Positions 11,020-22,571 of a DNA stretch of 41,998 nucleotides are shown here, piece after piece (the first letter of the stretch is position 1; each line of letters begins with the position of its first letter). Made by a program: the position numbers and the translations under genes. Where the stretch lies: contig NC_057718.1 of assembly GCF_004010195.1 (NCBI RefSeq), positions 54,541,062 to 54,583,059 on the forward strand, read 5' to 3'. The notes below the pieces were generated by a model. That model was not told where the DNA came from, made no database searches, and saw only the letters and a program-made list of their open reading frames with translations. Source of the stretch: Chiloscyllium plagiosum (taxonomy: Eukaryota).

Positions 11020-11700
11020 TTGTATCACTTGTATCAAAGTGTCCCTTTCAACCCCCATATCCTTGCCTCTGGGGTTCTTCAAGAATCTAGCCTTGGGAGC
11101 CTCCTTTTCCTGCAGGGTGTTCTATGGGAGCATTATCCAGACACATTCCACACATGCAGCCTCCTCCACCATGATCATCCCTACTCCATCTATCTGTCAC
11201 CCCTTTCAACCTCTTCACTGTCTTATTGCTATCAAACTGCTTGTTCAGCTGTGTGATAAGCTACAAATTCCTAAAAGTTCCTCTAGTCAAACATTGGGAA
11301 AAAAACAATATCTAAGTACCCTCCACAAACACTGTTTATCTTACAACCAATCTTCTCTCTTCCCCAGCCAGGCTGCTATTTGGTGTTTTATTAAATTTCC
11401 AAACCATTTAAAAGCCTATTTAATTTCATCTCTCTGACACTGGCTTGCTCTTCATCAACCCATTTGCTGCTGAAACTTTATTTATGTTTGTTACTTCTAA
11501 ACTCTCCTAGCTACCTTCCATAAACTTGAGCTGATCCAAACCTTGGACTGCCACTACCCTATCCCGCATCAAGTTACACTCGCCCATCTCTCCTGTCCTT
11601 GCAAACATATATTAGCTCCTAGTCCACTAATGCCTCAAATTTAAAATCATAAGCACTGAATTTATCTTGCTTCAAGATTTTACCACATTCTCTGTCACAG
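11020..11700 (+). mobile_element. Degenerate L2-clade LINE fragment
   Basis: SGVLQESSLGSLLF (decayed GVPQGSxLGPLLF); HKLELIQ...SPISPVL, typical of the L2 C-terminus. Confidence 0.55.
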
Positions 11701-12069
11701 TTGCTGCCCACAGCTGCCATGTTTTCTCTGCCTCTACCCCACCCTGACCCCAACACCAACTCCAAGTCCCTCTGAGTACATAAGTTATACTGTAAAAGAC
11801 CCTGAAAGTTGCTGAGTTTTGTTTTCTTCTTCTGTGTCATCAGTCACTCAAATCTTAGTAACAACTCGGTACCATTTGTGTTAAGTATAACAGAATGCTT
11901 TAACTCATCGTTTTGACTGTGTGTATAATAAAATGTGCCACTCAGCAATAAGGGAAATATGATTGATATTTACAGCAAATCTAAAGACATTCAACAACAA
12001 TTTTGTTGTTGCTATCTTAACAATTTTGTTAAGGTAAGAAATTAAACCATATTTTGTGCACAATCGAGT

Positions 12070-12315
12070 TTTGTTTAGAACTGAGATGAGGAAAACTTAC
12101 TTCAGCCAGAGGGGGATGAATCTGTGGAATTCATTGCCTCAGAAGGCCAAGTGTGTTTTAAAACTGATTGGGTCCTTGATTAGTAAGGGGATCATGGATT
12201 TTGAGAAGGCAGGCAGGTAAATGGGGTTGAGAAATAGATCAGCCATAATCAAATGGTGGCGGAGACTCAATAGGCCGAATGGCCTAATTCTGCTCCTATG
12301 TCTTATGGTCTTATA
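12070..12315 (+). mobile_element. CR1 3' end
   Basis: tttagaactgagatgaggaaa...gaatggcctaattctgctcctatgtcttatggtcttat tail. Confidence 0.8.
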
Positions 12316-12711
12316 GTTTCTATTACACAGTTCTGATTGCTGCTGTGGAAAACTTGAACCAATGTTTCTATGAATACTCTAGCATAATATGTACTTGAGT
12401 CCAGTAGCTTATTTGAATTGTTCAACTCTGATGAATTATCATTATTGCAACATGTTTTCTGACACTTCTATGAAGGTTAAATATAAATAACACATTCAAT
12501 CAATTTTGTTCTGGTGGGGAGAATAAGTCTTAAACTTGTCGAATACTTCACAGCAGATGCAAAACATTCAGTTTATTTTATAGCTGCAGTATTGTCTATC
12601 CTACAAATCCCTGACTTTTTTTAATGGTGGCTGTCTAAAGTAGAATAGGTGCCTAATCTGATTAGAAATGCATGCTTTCTATTTAATTTTTTTTTCTTTT
12701 TATACTTGTAG

Positions 12712-12792
12712 GATGAAGAGCACGATTACAAAGGACATGGGCCTGGTGAGCTATTGGAACCACTCTTCAAACAGAGCAGTTGCTCTTACAGG
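12712..12792 (+). CDS. ERLEC1: ERLEC1 coding exon 3
   Basis: Long poly-T tract, ttgtag|GAT...AGG|gtgaag; 81 nt. DEEHDYKGHGPGELLEPLFKQSSCSYR, start of MRH domain 1. Confidence 0.97.
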
Positions 12793-13189
12793 GTGAAGTA
12801 GTTTTCAGTTAATTAATTAACAGAATCTGTTTGAGGAAGGATAAATCACTTCCCTGAGCTCAACAACATAGGTCATAGCTTCATGTGTAGTTTTCTGATC
12901 AACTTCAGATGGGGTGGGTTTGTGATCTTTTTAGCAAACACAGAATCACTGTCAAAAGCTATAATGATAATGGAGAAACAAATATCTAATCTTAAGACCA
13001 GTCTACTACTTTCCTTATTGGTAAGTGATTGATAACTCATTGTCATTTTACATTCAAATACATTTCTTTACCGACATTGTTCTTTTCTAATGTTTAAGGG
13101 TTCTCCCACAACAACATATAACCATAAAGTGTTCATCTGCTTTATTTAGATTTCATTGCTGTTCCAAATTGTAGACTTGTTTGTTATAG

Positions 13190-16045
13190 TGTTAGAGAGT
13201 CATAAAGATGTACAGCACAGAAACAGACCCTTCGGTCCAATTTGTCCATGCTGACCAGATATCCCAACCCAATCTAGTCTGACCTGCCAGCACCTGGCCT
13301 ATATCCCTCCAAACCCTTCCTATTCATGTACCCAAGCAGATGCCTTTTAAATGTTGCAATTGTACTAGCCTCCACCACTTCTCCTGGCAGCTCATTCCAT
13401 ATATGTACCACCCTCTGCATGAAAAGGTTGCCCCTCAGGTCTCTTTTATATCTTTCCTCTCTCGACCTAAAACTATGCCCACACCCCAGTGAAGAGCCTT
13501 TGTCTATCTATCCCATCCATGCCCCTCATGATTTTATAAACCTCAATAAGGTCACCCCCTCAGCCTCCGACACTCCAGGGAAAACAGCCTCAGCCTATTC
13601 AACCTCTCCCTATAGCGCAAATCCTCCAACCCTGGCAATATCCTTGTGAATCTTTTCTGAACCCTTTCAAGTTTCACAACATCCTTCCGATAGGAAGGAG
13701 ACCAGAATCGCACGCAATATCCCAACAATGGCCTAACCAATGTCCTGTACAGCCCCAAAATGACCTCCCAACTTCTATACTCAATGCTCTGAGCAATAAA
13801 GGAAAGCATACCCAACGTTGTCTTCACTATCCTATCTACCTGCGACTCCACTTTCAAGGAGCTATGAACCTGCACTCCAAGGTCTCTTTGTTCAGCAACA
13901 CTCCCTCAGACCTTATTAAGTATATAAGTCGTACTAAGATTTGCTTTCCCAAAATGCATTCGTCTAAGTTAAACTCCATCTGCCACTTCTCAGCCCGTTG
14001 GCCCATCTGATCAAGATCCCGTTGTAATCTTCGCTGTCCACTACACCTCCAATTTTGGTGTCATCTGCAAACTTACTAACTATACCTGTTATGCTCACAA
14101 CCAAATTATTTATATAAAGTGATGTAAAGTAGTGGACCCAGCACCAATCCTTGTGGCACTCCACTAGTCACAGGCCTCCAGTCTGAAAAACAACCCTCCA
14201 CCACCACCCTCTGTCTTCTACCTTTGAGCCAGTTCTGTATCCAAATGGCAAGTTCTCCCTTTCTTCCATGAGATCTAACCTAGCTTACCAGTTTCCCATG
14301 GGGAACCTTGTCGAACGCCTTACTGAAGTCCATATAGATCACATCTACTGCTCTGCCCTCATCAATCCTCTTTGTTATTTCTTCAAAAAACTCAAATCAA
14401 GTTTGTGAGACACTATTTCCCACACACAAAGCCATGTTGACTATCCCTAATCAGTCCTTGCCTTTCCAAATACATGTACATCATGTCCCTCAGGATTCCC
14501 TCCAATAACTTGCCCATCATCAACATCAGGCTCACTTGTCTAAAATTCCCTGGCTTGTCCTTACTACTCTTTTTAAACAATGGCACCATGTTAGCCAACT
14601 TCCAGTTTCCGGCACCTCACCTGTGACTATCGATGATACAAATATCTCAGCAAGAGGCCCAGCAATCACTTCCCTAGCTTCCTACAGAGTCCTATGGTAC
14701 AGTTGATCAGGTCCTGGGGATTCATCCATTTTTATGCGTGTCAAGCCATCTACCACTTCCTCCTCTGTGTAATATGGACATTGTTCAAGATATCACCATC
14801 TATTTCCCTACATTCTATGCCTTCCATGTCCTTTTCCACAGTAAACACTGATGCAAAATACTCGTTTAGTATCTCCCCCATTTCCTGCAGTTCCATACAA
14901 AGGCCGCCTTGCTGATCTTTGAGGGGCCCTATTCTCTCCCTAGTTACCCTTTTGTCCTTTATTTATTTATAAAGACCCTTTGGATTCTCCTTAATTCTAT
15001 TTGCGAAAGCTATCTCATGTCCCCTTTCTGCCCTTCTGATTTCCCTATTAAGTATACTCCTACTTCCTTTATACTCTTCTCAGGATTCATTTGATCTGTC
15101 TTGTCTATATCTGACATGTGCTTCCTTTTTCTTAACTAAACCCACAATTTCTTTAGTCATCCAGCATTCTCTACACCTACCAGTCTTTCCTTTCACCCTA
15201 ACAGAAACATACTGTCTCTGGACTCACATTATTTCATTTCTGAAGGCTTCCCATTTTCCAACCGTCACTTTACCTGCGAACGTCCGCCCTCAATCAGCTT
15301 TTGAAAGTTCTTGCCTAATACCGTCAAAATTAGCCTTCCTCCAATTTGGAATTTCAACGTTTAGATCGAGTCTATCCTTTTCCAACACTATTTTAAACTA
15401 ATAGAATTATGATCACTGACCCCAAAGTGCTCCCCCACTGACACCTCAGTCACCTAACCCTGCCTTATTTCCCAAGAGTAAGTCAAGTTTTGCATCTTCT
15501 CTAGTAGGTACATCCACATACTGACTCAGAAAATCTTCTTGTACACATTTGCCTTCCGATGTCATTGGTTCCAATGTGTACAATGACCTCCTACTGGCCC
15601 CTCTCCCCCTTTGAGAACATTCTGTACCCTCTGTGTCATCCTTGATCCTGGCACACCATTCTGATTTTTTGCTGCTGGTCACAAAAACATCTGTCTATAC
15701 CTCAGACTAGAGAGTCCCCAACACAATCAATCTTTTGGAACCCGACGTTCCCCTCATTGCATTAGAGCCAGTCTCGATACCAGAAACTTGGCTGTTCGTG
15801 CTACGTTCCCCTGAAAATCCATCACCCCCTACATTTTCCAAAACAGCATATTTGTTCGAAATGGGGATAGTGCAGAAGCCTCCTGCACTATCTGCCTTAC
15901 CTCTCTTACCTTTCCTGGAGTTAACCCATCCATGTGACTGTATCTGCAACTTTTTCCCTTCCTATAACTGCCATCCATTACATTCCCTTGCTCTTGTAAA
16001 TTCCTCATTGCCTCTAACTGTCTCTCCAACTGATCCATTCGTGTT
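13190..16045 (-). mobile_element. CR1 (HER1-like) LINE with ORF1 remnant (coiled coil plus SGNH esterase) and decayed ORF2
   Basis: MDQLERQLEAMRNLQE; ISNKYAVL; LIVLG-DS and GTNDIGR esterase blocks; PTREDAKLDLLLGN endonuclease end; SQHGF and KFADDTK RT motifs; 3' tail near 13195. Confidence 0.92.
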
Positions 16046-16359
16046 CAAAGTTGATTGACTAATTACTCACTTTTTTTCTATAATGTATCATATCATTGTA
16101 TTTCTTCTTTCATGAAACTTATGGGAATTAAACCTAGATTCAATCATGATAAGGAGTCTCCTTATTTTGATACTTAACCATGTGCTATTGCTAGTTACCT
16201 GTTCAATGGAGGAACCACAGTGTTTTAAAGAAGGCCACAGGCATTCAATTCAAATTTAAAGATCTTTTAGATTTTATTTGGATCCATACTTGTTTGGTGC
16301 TCTTTCTGAGTGTAACTTTTTTATTTAGATTTTCTGTGTCACTTACTTAAAAGATATAG

Positions 16360-16680
16360 TTAATGTAGAAAATACAGCAGACAGGTTGTACATAGCAAGC
16401 TGTCACAAGCACTAATATGTTAACAACATATTTTGCTTCATTGATGTTGACTCATAATTACTGACCTGGTCACTGGGAATAATTCTCCTGCTCTCCTGGA
16501 TCTTTTACATCCAGCTGGGGGAATAGATGGGACCTTGATTTAACACCACATCTGACAGTGCAGCATTCCCTCATTGCATTTTTTTTTAAATGTCAGCCTA
16601 GGTTGTAGTGCTCAAGTCTCTAGTGAAGGACTTGAACTCACAGCTTTCTGATTCTGAGGTAGAGTGCCACAAGCTAAAGC
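16360..16680 (-). mobile_element. Deu-domain SINE (SacSINE1-like)
   Basis: Reverse complement shows a tRNA-like head with B box gagttcaagtcc, then gagacttgagcac...ggctgaca...tgagggaatgctgcactgtcaga...ggatgtaaaagatcc, resembling the recalled Deu-SINE core. Confidence 0.7.
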
Positions 16681-17392
16681 ATTCCTAGCATCAACAAGAT
16701 TCTAGCCAACCTAGAATAAGCAGCTTTAATCTTAGTACAGCAATTGTAATTGTTCATTATTTTCCACCAGTTCCACCAGAAGGTCCTATATCTAGAAATT
16801 CCAAGGCAGACAAAACACTCCATTCTATTTTCTACTCTCAAAGTACTGGTGTTGCTGCAGTATCTGTTGACCAGCAGAAATCGCCCCTGGCTGTCTAAGA
16901 CAGTTCATTTTGGATCATCCTCTTCTGTGACCAGCTTCATATGATGAGCACTGTAAAATCCATTCTTTGCTGATACTATTTGTCAATTATCTATTTACCA
17001 TTTAAGAAACGTTTTATAGCTAAAGCAACAAACTAGTAAATATTTAATCTTCTGTCTTTCAAATCGATGAATATCATATTGAGCGCATATATAACCACAG
17101 GGACTAAATGTACAAACAAGGGTCTACTGTTCATTCCCTGGGTATGTTGGTAACGTGCTTTTTTTTTTTGGAGATATGCTTCCTATGAAGAATATTGTAT
17201 TCAGTAATTTTAAATTTGTATCGCATTGCTTCAAAAGTTCTAAGTATTTGGTATTTAAGGTGTTCTTCAATCTCCATGATTTCGTATTTTTTACAAAATT
17301 AATGTTAAATTTGTAAATATTCTTTTGAGTTGTTGATTTAGAATCGAATATAACTTGCTAAATATTTCTAACAATTCTTTCAAAATTTGCAG

Positions 17393-17470
17393 ATTGAGTC
17401 TTACTGGACATACGAAGTGTGTCATGGAAAACATATTCGCCAATACCATGAGGAAAAGGAAACTGGTCAG
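17393..17470 (+). CDS. ERLEC1: ERLEC1 coding exon 4
   Basis: ttgcag|ATT...CAG|gtactg; 78 nt. [26 protein letters not shown], the MRH1 WxYExC motif. Confidence 0.98.
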
Positions 17471-17553
17471 GTACTGTGTGTCATTTTATCATGTTTTATT
17501 CATATCAATTTTTAGGTTATTTCACTGTTAACTTTATATCTTTGATTTAGCAG

Positions 17554-17617
17554 AAAGTTAATATTCAAGAATATTATCTTGGTACCATGAGAACACCAGC
17601 TGATTCTGAAACCAAAG
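17554..17617 (+). CDS. ERLEC1: ERLEC1 coding exon 5
   Basis: tttagcag|AAA...AAAG|gtatga; 64 nt, phase 0/1. KVNIQEYYLGTMRTPADSETK. Tandem acceptor allows an alternative start at 17551. Confidence 0.93.
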
Positions 17618-18768
17618 GTATGAAGCCATCTACATCAGTAAGCACTGAATTTTCATTTATGTAGCACAGGCATACATATCAAGCGTGTTACCTCAAACCT
17701 GTCAAGAAATCTTCAGTATGATGATAATCACAATGAAAGATTAATTGCGTTAAAGCAGCAACAATTAAAAAAGTCTCTTTGGATCAGACCATTTTAGGTA
17801 CTGTTTCATCACTTACTGTTGTATCTGATCATACTATGTAGCTCCAGCAATCTGTATTAGCAATATAGCTTTTAAGGTAGTAAAGCATTTCATTCCTGTA
17901 AAGCCACTTGCACTCAGCCAAAAAGTGATCCAAGCCAAATTGCCATTGAACTGGTGACCAAAAAGGAAGGAATTTCACTGTTTAGGAGCTAGGTGACTGA
18001 AAGCATGTCACGAGTGCTGCTGTGAAGGTTATAGGGGAATGCTGAAGGACAAAGATAGAAGAACACAGAATTCTTGCAGTGTTGAGGACATGGAAAAGGT
18101 TAGAAAGTTGGGCAGGAGGTACTGTGTGCCATCAGGGAATCTGAGAGTGATTATTTAGAATCAAAAAGAAATTTTAATTTGTGTCATTGATTCTACAAGT
18201 TAAAATTTCATTTTAACCCTGGCTAATAGAATTTTAAAAATTGATACAGAAGTTTTTACCATAATTCATTCATTATCTCTTTGTGACACGTATTTTCATT
18301 ATGCTTTAAGTATCGTGCCAAAAGAATCAAGTTTTAGATGACAGTAGATCCTCGAGCTTGTCCAGAACCATATGGAAACCCTTAGAATAGATTTGGAAGA
18401 TGTGACAGCTCCCCTGAATAAACATACACACTTTCATTCTGTATTAGTGTTCAGTCTTTCGCTGAGACAAATTTTGAATCGCAAAAAGACTCACCATTCT
18501 AGGCATATATTAACACAGCTAAACTATTAACTCCTAAGATGGAGCAACAAATTCAGTGCCAGTCCAAGAATTAGCATTGTGGTTAGATAAACAGTTGTGA
18601 CATTACCATGGATGTTTCCTCCTATTAAAATTCTGCAGTTGGGTTTCTAACAGGAACACAGTCCTGGGGAGATGTTTGTTCCTGTCACTTGTGTGAAATT
18701 ATGTTGAACAATTCATGAAAATGCACTTGTATTTTAAACACATTCTGGATTTTTATGTCTTTGTCTAG

Positions 18769-18815
18769 ATTCTATTCCCGAACACTCAGAAGAATCTGGA
18801 AGTGAGAAATTGAAA
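18769..18815 (+). CDS. ERLEC1: ERLEC1 coding exon 6 (variable acidic linker)
   Basis: tgtctag|AT...AAA|gtaagt; 47 nt, phase 1/0, which exactly bridges the phases of exons 5 and 7. (D)SIPEHSEESGSEKLK, acidic like the human linker but poorly conserved. Confidence 0.85.
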
Positions 18816-19290
18816 GTAAGTGGAATACAGCCTTTTGCAGGATGATTCCGAATGGTACATACAGATTTCAAGTACAAAACTTTGAGCAGATTAATGAGGC
18901 ACTTACATCAATACAGCACCTTGCTCCTCTTCAGATTGCTCCAAAAACATTTGTAGCTAAACTATTATTTCCAGAATTGTGATTGATTGGCCACCAATTG
19001 ATAGTAACATGTTTCATGATCCTGAGCTTAGGTATTGGAAATAATTTGATACAATTGTAGGATTTAAATCTTGTTCCTTATCAACAAGTTGCACGATATG
19101 TAAAATGTCAGCCTATTGCCCACAGCAACTCCAGTAAACTCTCATTCTTTAGTGTTCTACCTGAAGCCAAGTCCTAGGCTGATTGCCTGCTGATGCTTCA
19201 TTCTGAATCGTTTTCTTGGCAGTTTTTGTCAGTGCTGACACAGTATTACTCTCAGGTTTGGCTGTGTGTACTTTTGAGTTATATGACACC

Positions 19291-19309
19291 GCCCCTCCAG
19301 GTGGCACTG
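19291..19309 (+). promoter_or_regulatory. Candidate CTCF binding motif
   Basis: gcccctccaggtggcactg fits the CTCF core CCWCYAGRKGGCR; lies in non-repetitive intron 6 sequence. Confidence 0.45.
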
Positions 19310-19560
19310 CTAATTCGAATTTGTGAAGCGAAGCAGTACAACAGTGTTTGATCGCAGGCAGATTTTTGTTGTCAATGGCAAAGTGACTGCATTTATTTTG
19401 AAGAAAGGTGCCCACAGAGATTTAGCCATGCAGATGGATTTCACCTTCCCCTGTGTTAATTTGATTCTGGCTCCAGCTCAAAATCTCCAGCAGCTGTAAT
19501 ATCATCAAGAAGACTAAACAGCCTATCACATTGAACACAGGAAGCCAACAAGTTAAATGC

Positions 19561-19650
19561 TGAAAAATGTGTTGCTGGAAAAGTGCAGCAGGTCAGGCAG
19601 CATCCAAGGGTCAGGAGAATTGACGTTTCGGGCATAAGCCCTTTTTCAGG
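19561..19650 (-). mobile_element. 90-bp Penelope pLTR mini-insert with exact 10-bp TSD
   Basis: agttaaatgc at 19551-19560 and 19651-19660. The insert is a hammerhead motif (CUGAAAA variant) plus the downstream pLTR segment. Confidence 0.88.
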
Positions 19651-19754
19651 AGTTAAATGCACAAGTCATCCTTCCCTTTTAATCATTTTGATAGGCAGTT
19701 TGATGACAGGCATTTTTCCATCTGCAAGAGATGAAAGGGGAGTGCAGTCTCAAA

Positions 19755-19930
19755 TTCATAAACGAAAACAATGCTGGAGAGACTCAGCAGGTAAGGCAGC
19801 ATCTGTGGAAAGAAGACATAGATAAAATTTTTATTCTGATATAACTCTTTCAGAACTGAAAGGGGCTGGAAAATGGTGGTTTTGGTCTGTTGACAAAGAG
19901 AGTGGGAGTGAGTGGAACAGGTCACGAGGG
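19755..19930 (-). mobile_element. Older Penelope-like 3' end
   Basis: aatgctggagagactcagcaggtaaggcagcatctgtgga, a diverged version of the same pLTR motif. Confidence 0.6.
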
Positions 19931-20827
19931 TGCCTAGACCTCATCAAATCTGACTTCAGGTGTGATCATTCGCTTTTGATAGTTGAACAAGCTAATTCTA
20001 GAAAGGCACTTCCTGCCACGTGCCACACATAAAGTTGTCCCTTACTGATGGTGCAGAATGATTTATGCTGACACTGTTTTCAGGCTGACATCTACCTTGG
20101 AACCTCTAAAATCAAGTGTCATGATGATGTCACACAACTGCCCATAAACAGTATAGCTATTTGCATCAACCTCAGTGAGAGTTTTTCACTTACTGTGATT
20201 AATATTGAGGGTTTTTGTGTCTCTTGTTGACAGTAACCTTGAATCCACGCTTTGGGTACCTTGCTGGTCTCTTGGTACAGACAACCTCCCCATATGTCAT
20301 TATCCTTGGATGCAGCCACCTTACATTCAGGATACATGCTGAAGTCAGAAAAATTTTCTTTGCTTGATTAGCACAAGCATACTTGATATCTTTGACATGG
20401 AAAGGACTACATTGTTGTTAACTTTGTCTTTCTACGTACCTGTAATGCTTTTCTGTATCATGCCAAGGATATACATTGACACCGGAGCCTTTTTTCTTGA
20501 TAGATCTAGGATGTCCAGGCTTCAATACCTCTAGCACTGAACTAAGGATACAAGCCTTTCAGGGAAGTATATTAGTCCTGCAGATCAGTTTGTTGTTTTG
20601 CCATGCTATTTTGTTAGCTGGCCAGAGTTGGTGGCATCCTTTCCAATGCATGTGCTGAGCTAGACTTTAAGAGACAGTTTGTCTGTCATAAATCCAAGCT
20701 AGCTGAAGGTTTTGACAGCTGGAGAGGTGCGTTGACATGTCTGGATATTTCAATACTTTTCTCTCTGCAAAATGAATGATTGGAACTTACAGTTAAGGTG
20801 GAAGCTGAAATATCATAAATGGAAAGT

Positions 20828-21005
20828 AAAACAAAAACTACATTGAAAACCTGCGCAACAGTTCTTTGGTTCTGAGGAAGGATCACTGGACACAAAATGT
20901 TAAGACTACTTTCTCTCCAAAAATGTTACCAGACCTGCTGAATTTCTCTGGAATTTCTGCTTTTGTTTGTTTCAAATCTCCACAGTTCAATGTTTTCTGG
21001 TTTGC
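20828..21005 (+). mobile_element. Older Penelope-like 3' end with decayed hammerhead
   Basis: tctgaggaaggatcactggacacaaaatgtt...atgttaccagacctgctgaatttct. Confidence 0.55.
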
Positions 21006-21984
21006 TGTAGATGTCCCTACCCAAGATGCTGCTAAGCCACTTGACAAACATTCTAATTAATCATGTTTGCTGATTTCAGCTGTCAAAAAGAACATTCTTC
21101 AATGGGGATGAGTAACTCGATGACCGAATCTAAATTATTTTTGTTTCTATAAATGCAAGATTTTCAAAACAAACATAAAACCAGAAGTCATTTATTATTT
21201 GTAAATTTCTCGCTATTCCTATGGTCTTTTGCATTCTATATAAAAGAGCAGTCTGTACAACCAAAATATGGATTTAAGAACATTTAGAAAAACATTATTA
21301 GTTCCCTGTCAGCAGCAGTTTTGCTTAAACTGAACCAAATGATCTACCTTATCTGTCCTTCAAAGCAACATCTATTTTTAAAGTTTAAAATCAGCAACGT
21401 CAAGTAATTGATCAGTATTAACAAAGTAAAATATAATCAAATCCCTCATTATTGTAAACTTCAGTTACTGATGTAGAATCAATTAAAATTATAATTTGTT
21501 TTTGATAGTGAAAGATGTAACTTCTGATATGCTTTTTAAGTGATATCATTGTAGTTCAGGCTTTCTTCTGGGTAGTCACCCCTTTTTAAATTAAAATTAA
21601 TTTATTTTTGTTTTATAATTTTTAACCCATCTAAATTCCCATTTTACATTTTATGCATACAGCTTTAGATGCATAATTTCTGATATAGTCCCCTTTTTGC
21701 ACCAGATCTAACTTTTAAACTTGTTTTCGAAGATTCAGCTAAAGATAAAAAACTTTTTCTCCATCTCAATTTTTTTTTGCATCTTTCGTAGAACTACTGT
21801 GTGAAACATGAAAACTGATTCTCCTAAAAAGGTTACAAAGAAGACAAACTTGTAACATTTTTGTTGCTATGATATATATTGCTATATTCTGAGTTGTGAA
21901 TGCTTCCACTAATGATTAAAGATAAATCCTGTCAATGGTTGTTAATACTTTAATATACTAAAGTGGCAATTATTTAATTTTAAG

Positions 21985-22208
21985 GTTCACACCAAAAACA
22001 TAGAAGGACAAATCACTCCTTATTACCCAGTGGTAATGGGAAATGGTACACCTTGCAGCTTAAAACAGAACAAGCCAAGAGTCACCACTGTGATGTATGT
22101 CTGCCACCCTGAAGCCAAACATGAGATCCTCTCAGTTGCTGAAGTCACCACCTGTGAATATGAACTAGTAATCTTGACACCACTATTGTGCAGCCATCCT
22201 AAATACAG
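21985..22208 (+). CDS. ERLEC1: ERLEC1 coding exon 7
   Basis: ttttaag|GTT...AG|gtaaag; 224 nt, phase 0/2. [74 protein letters not shown](R); matches ORF 22030..22212. Confidence 0.98.
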
Positions 22209-22363
22209 GTAAAGTAGCCAACAACACCATGTAATCTCAATTATCATAAACATTACCTATTTTTAACCTTAGTTTATAATAATCCGTTTGAACTGCAATT
22301 TTGTATTCATTCTTAATAACTTGGTGGCATTTGTGAGTGTTAACTTTGTTTTATCTTGCTCAG

Positions 22364-22502
22364 ATTTAAATCCTCCCCAGTTAATGACATATTTTGTCAG
22401 TCAGTACACGGCTCACCATTAAGGCCTAAAAGTCTTGAACAGTTAGAAAAACAGCAAGAGGATCTGCTGAAACCACCTTTCACTACCCAGAGAGCCCAAG
22501 AG
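22364..22502 (+). CDS. ERLEC1: ERLEC1 coding exon 8
   Basis: gctcag|A TTT...GAG|gtaagt; 139 nt, phase 2/0. FKSSPVNDIFCQSVHGSPLRPKSLEQLEKQQEDLLKPPFTTQRAQE. Confidence 0.96.
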
Positions 22503-22571
22503 GTAAGTATTATATGTTTGCTATTCTCACAAAAAGCTAAGGGAATGTATTCCTGACTTCTATGTATAACT

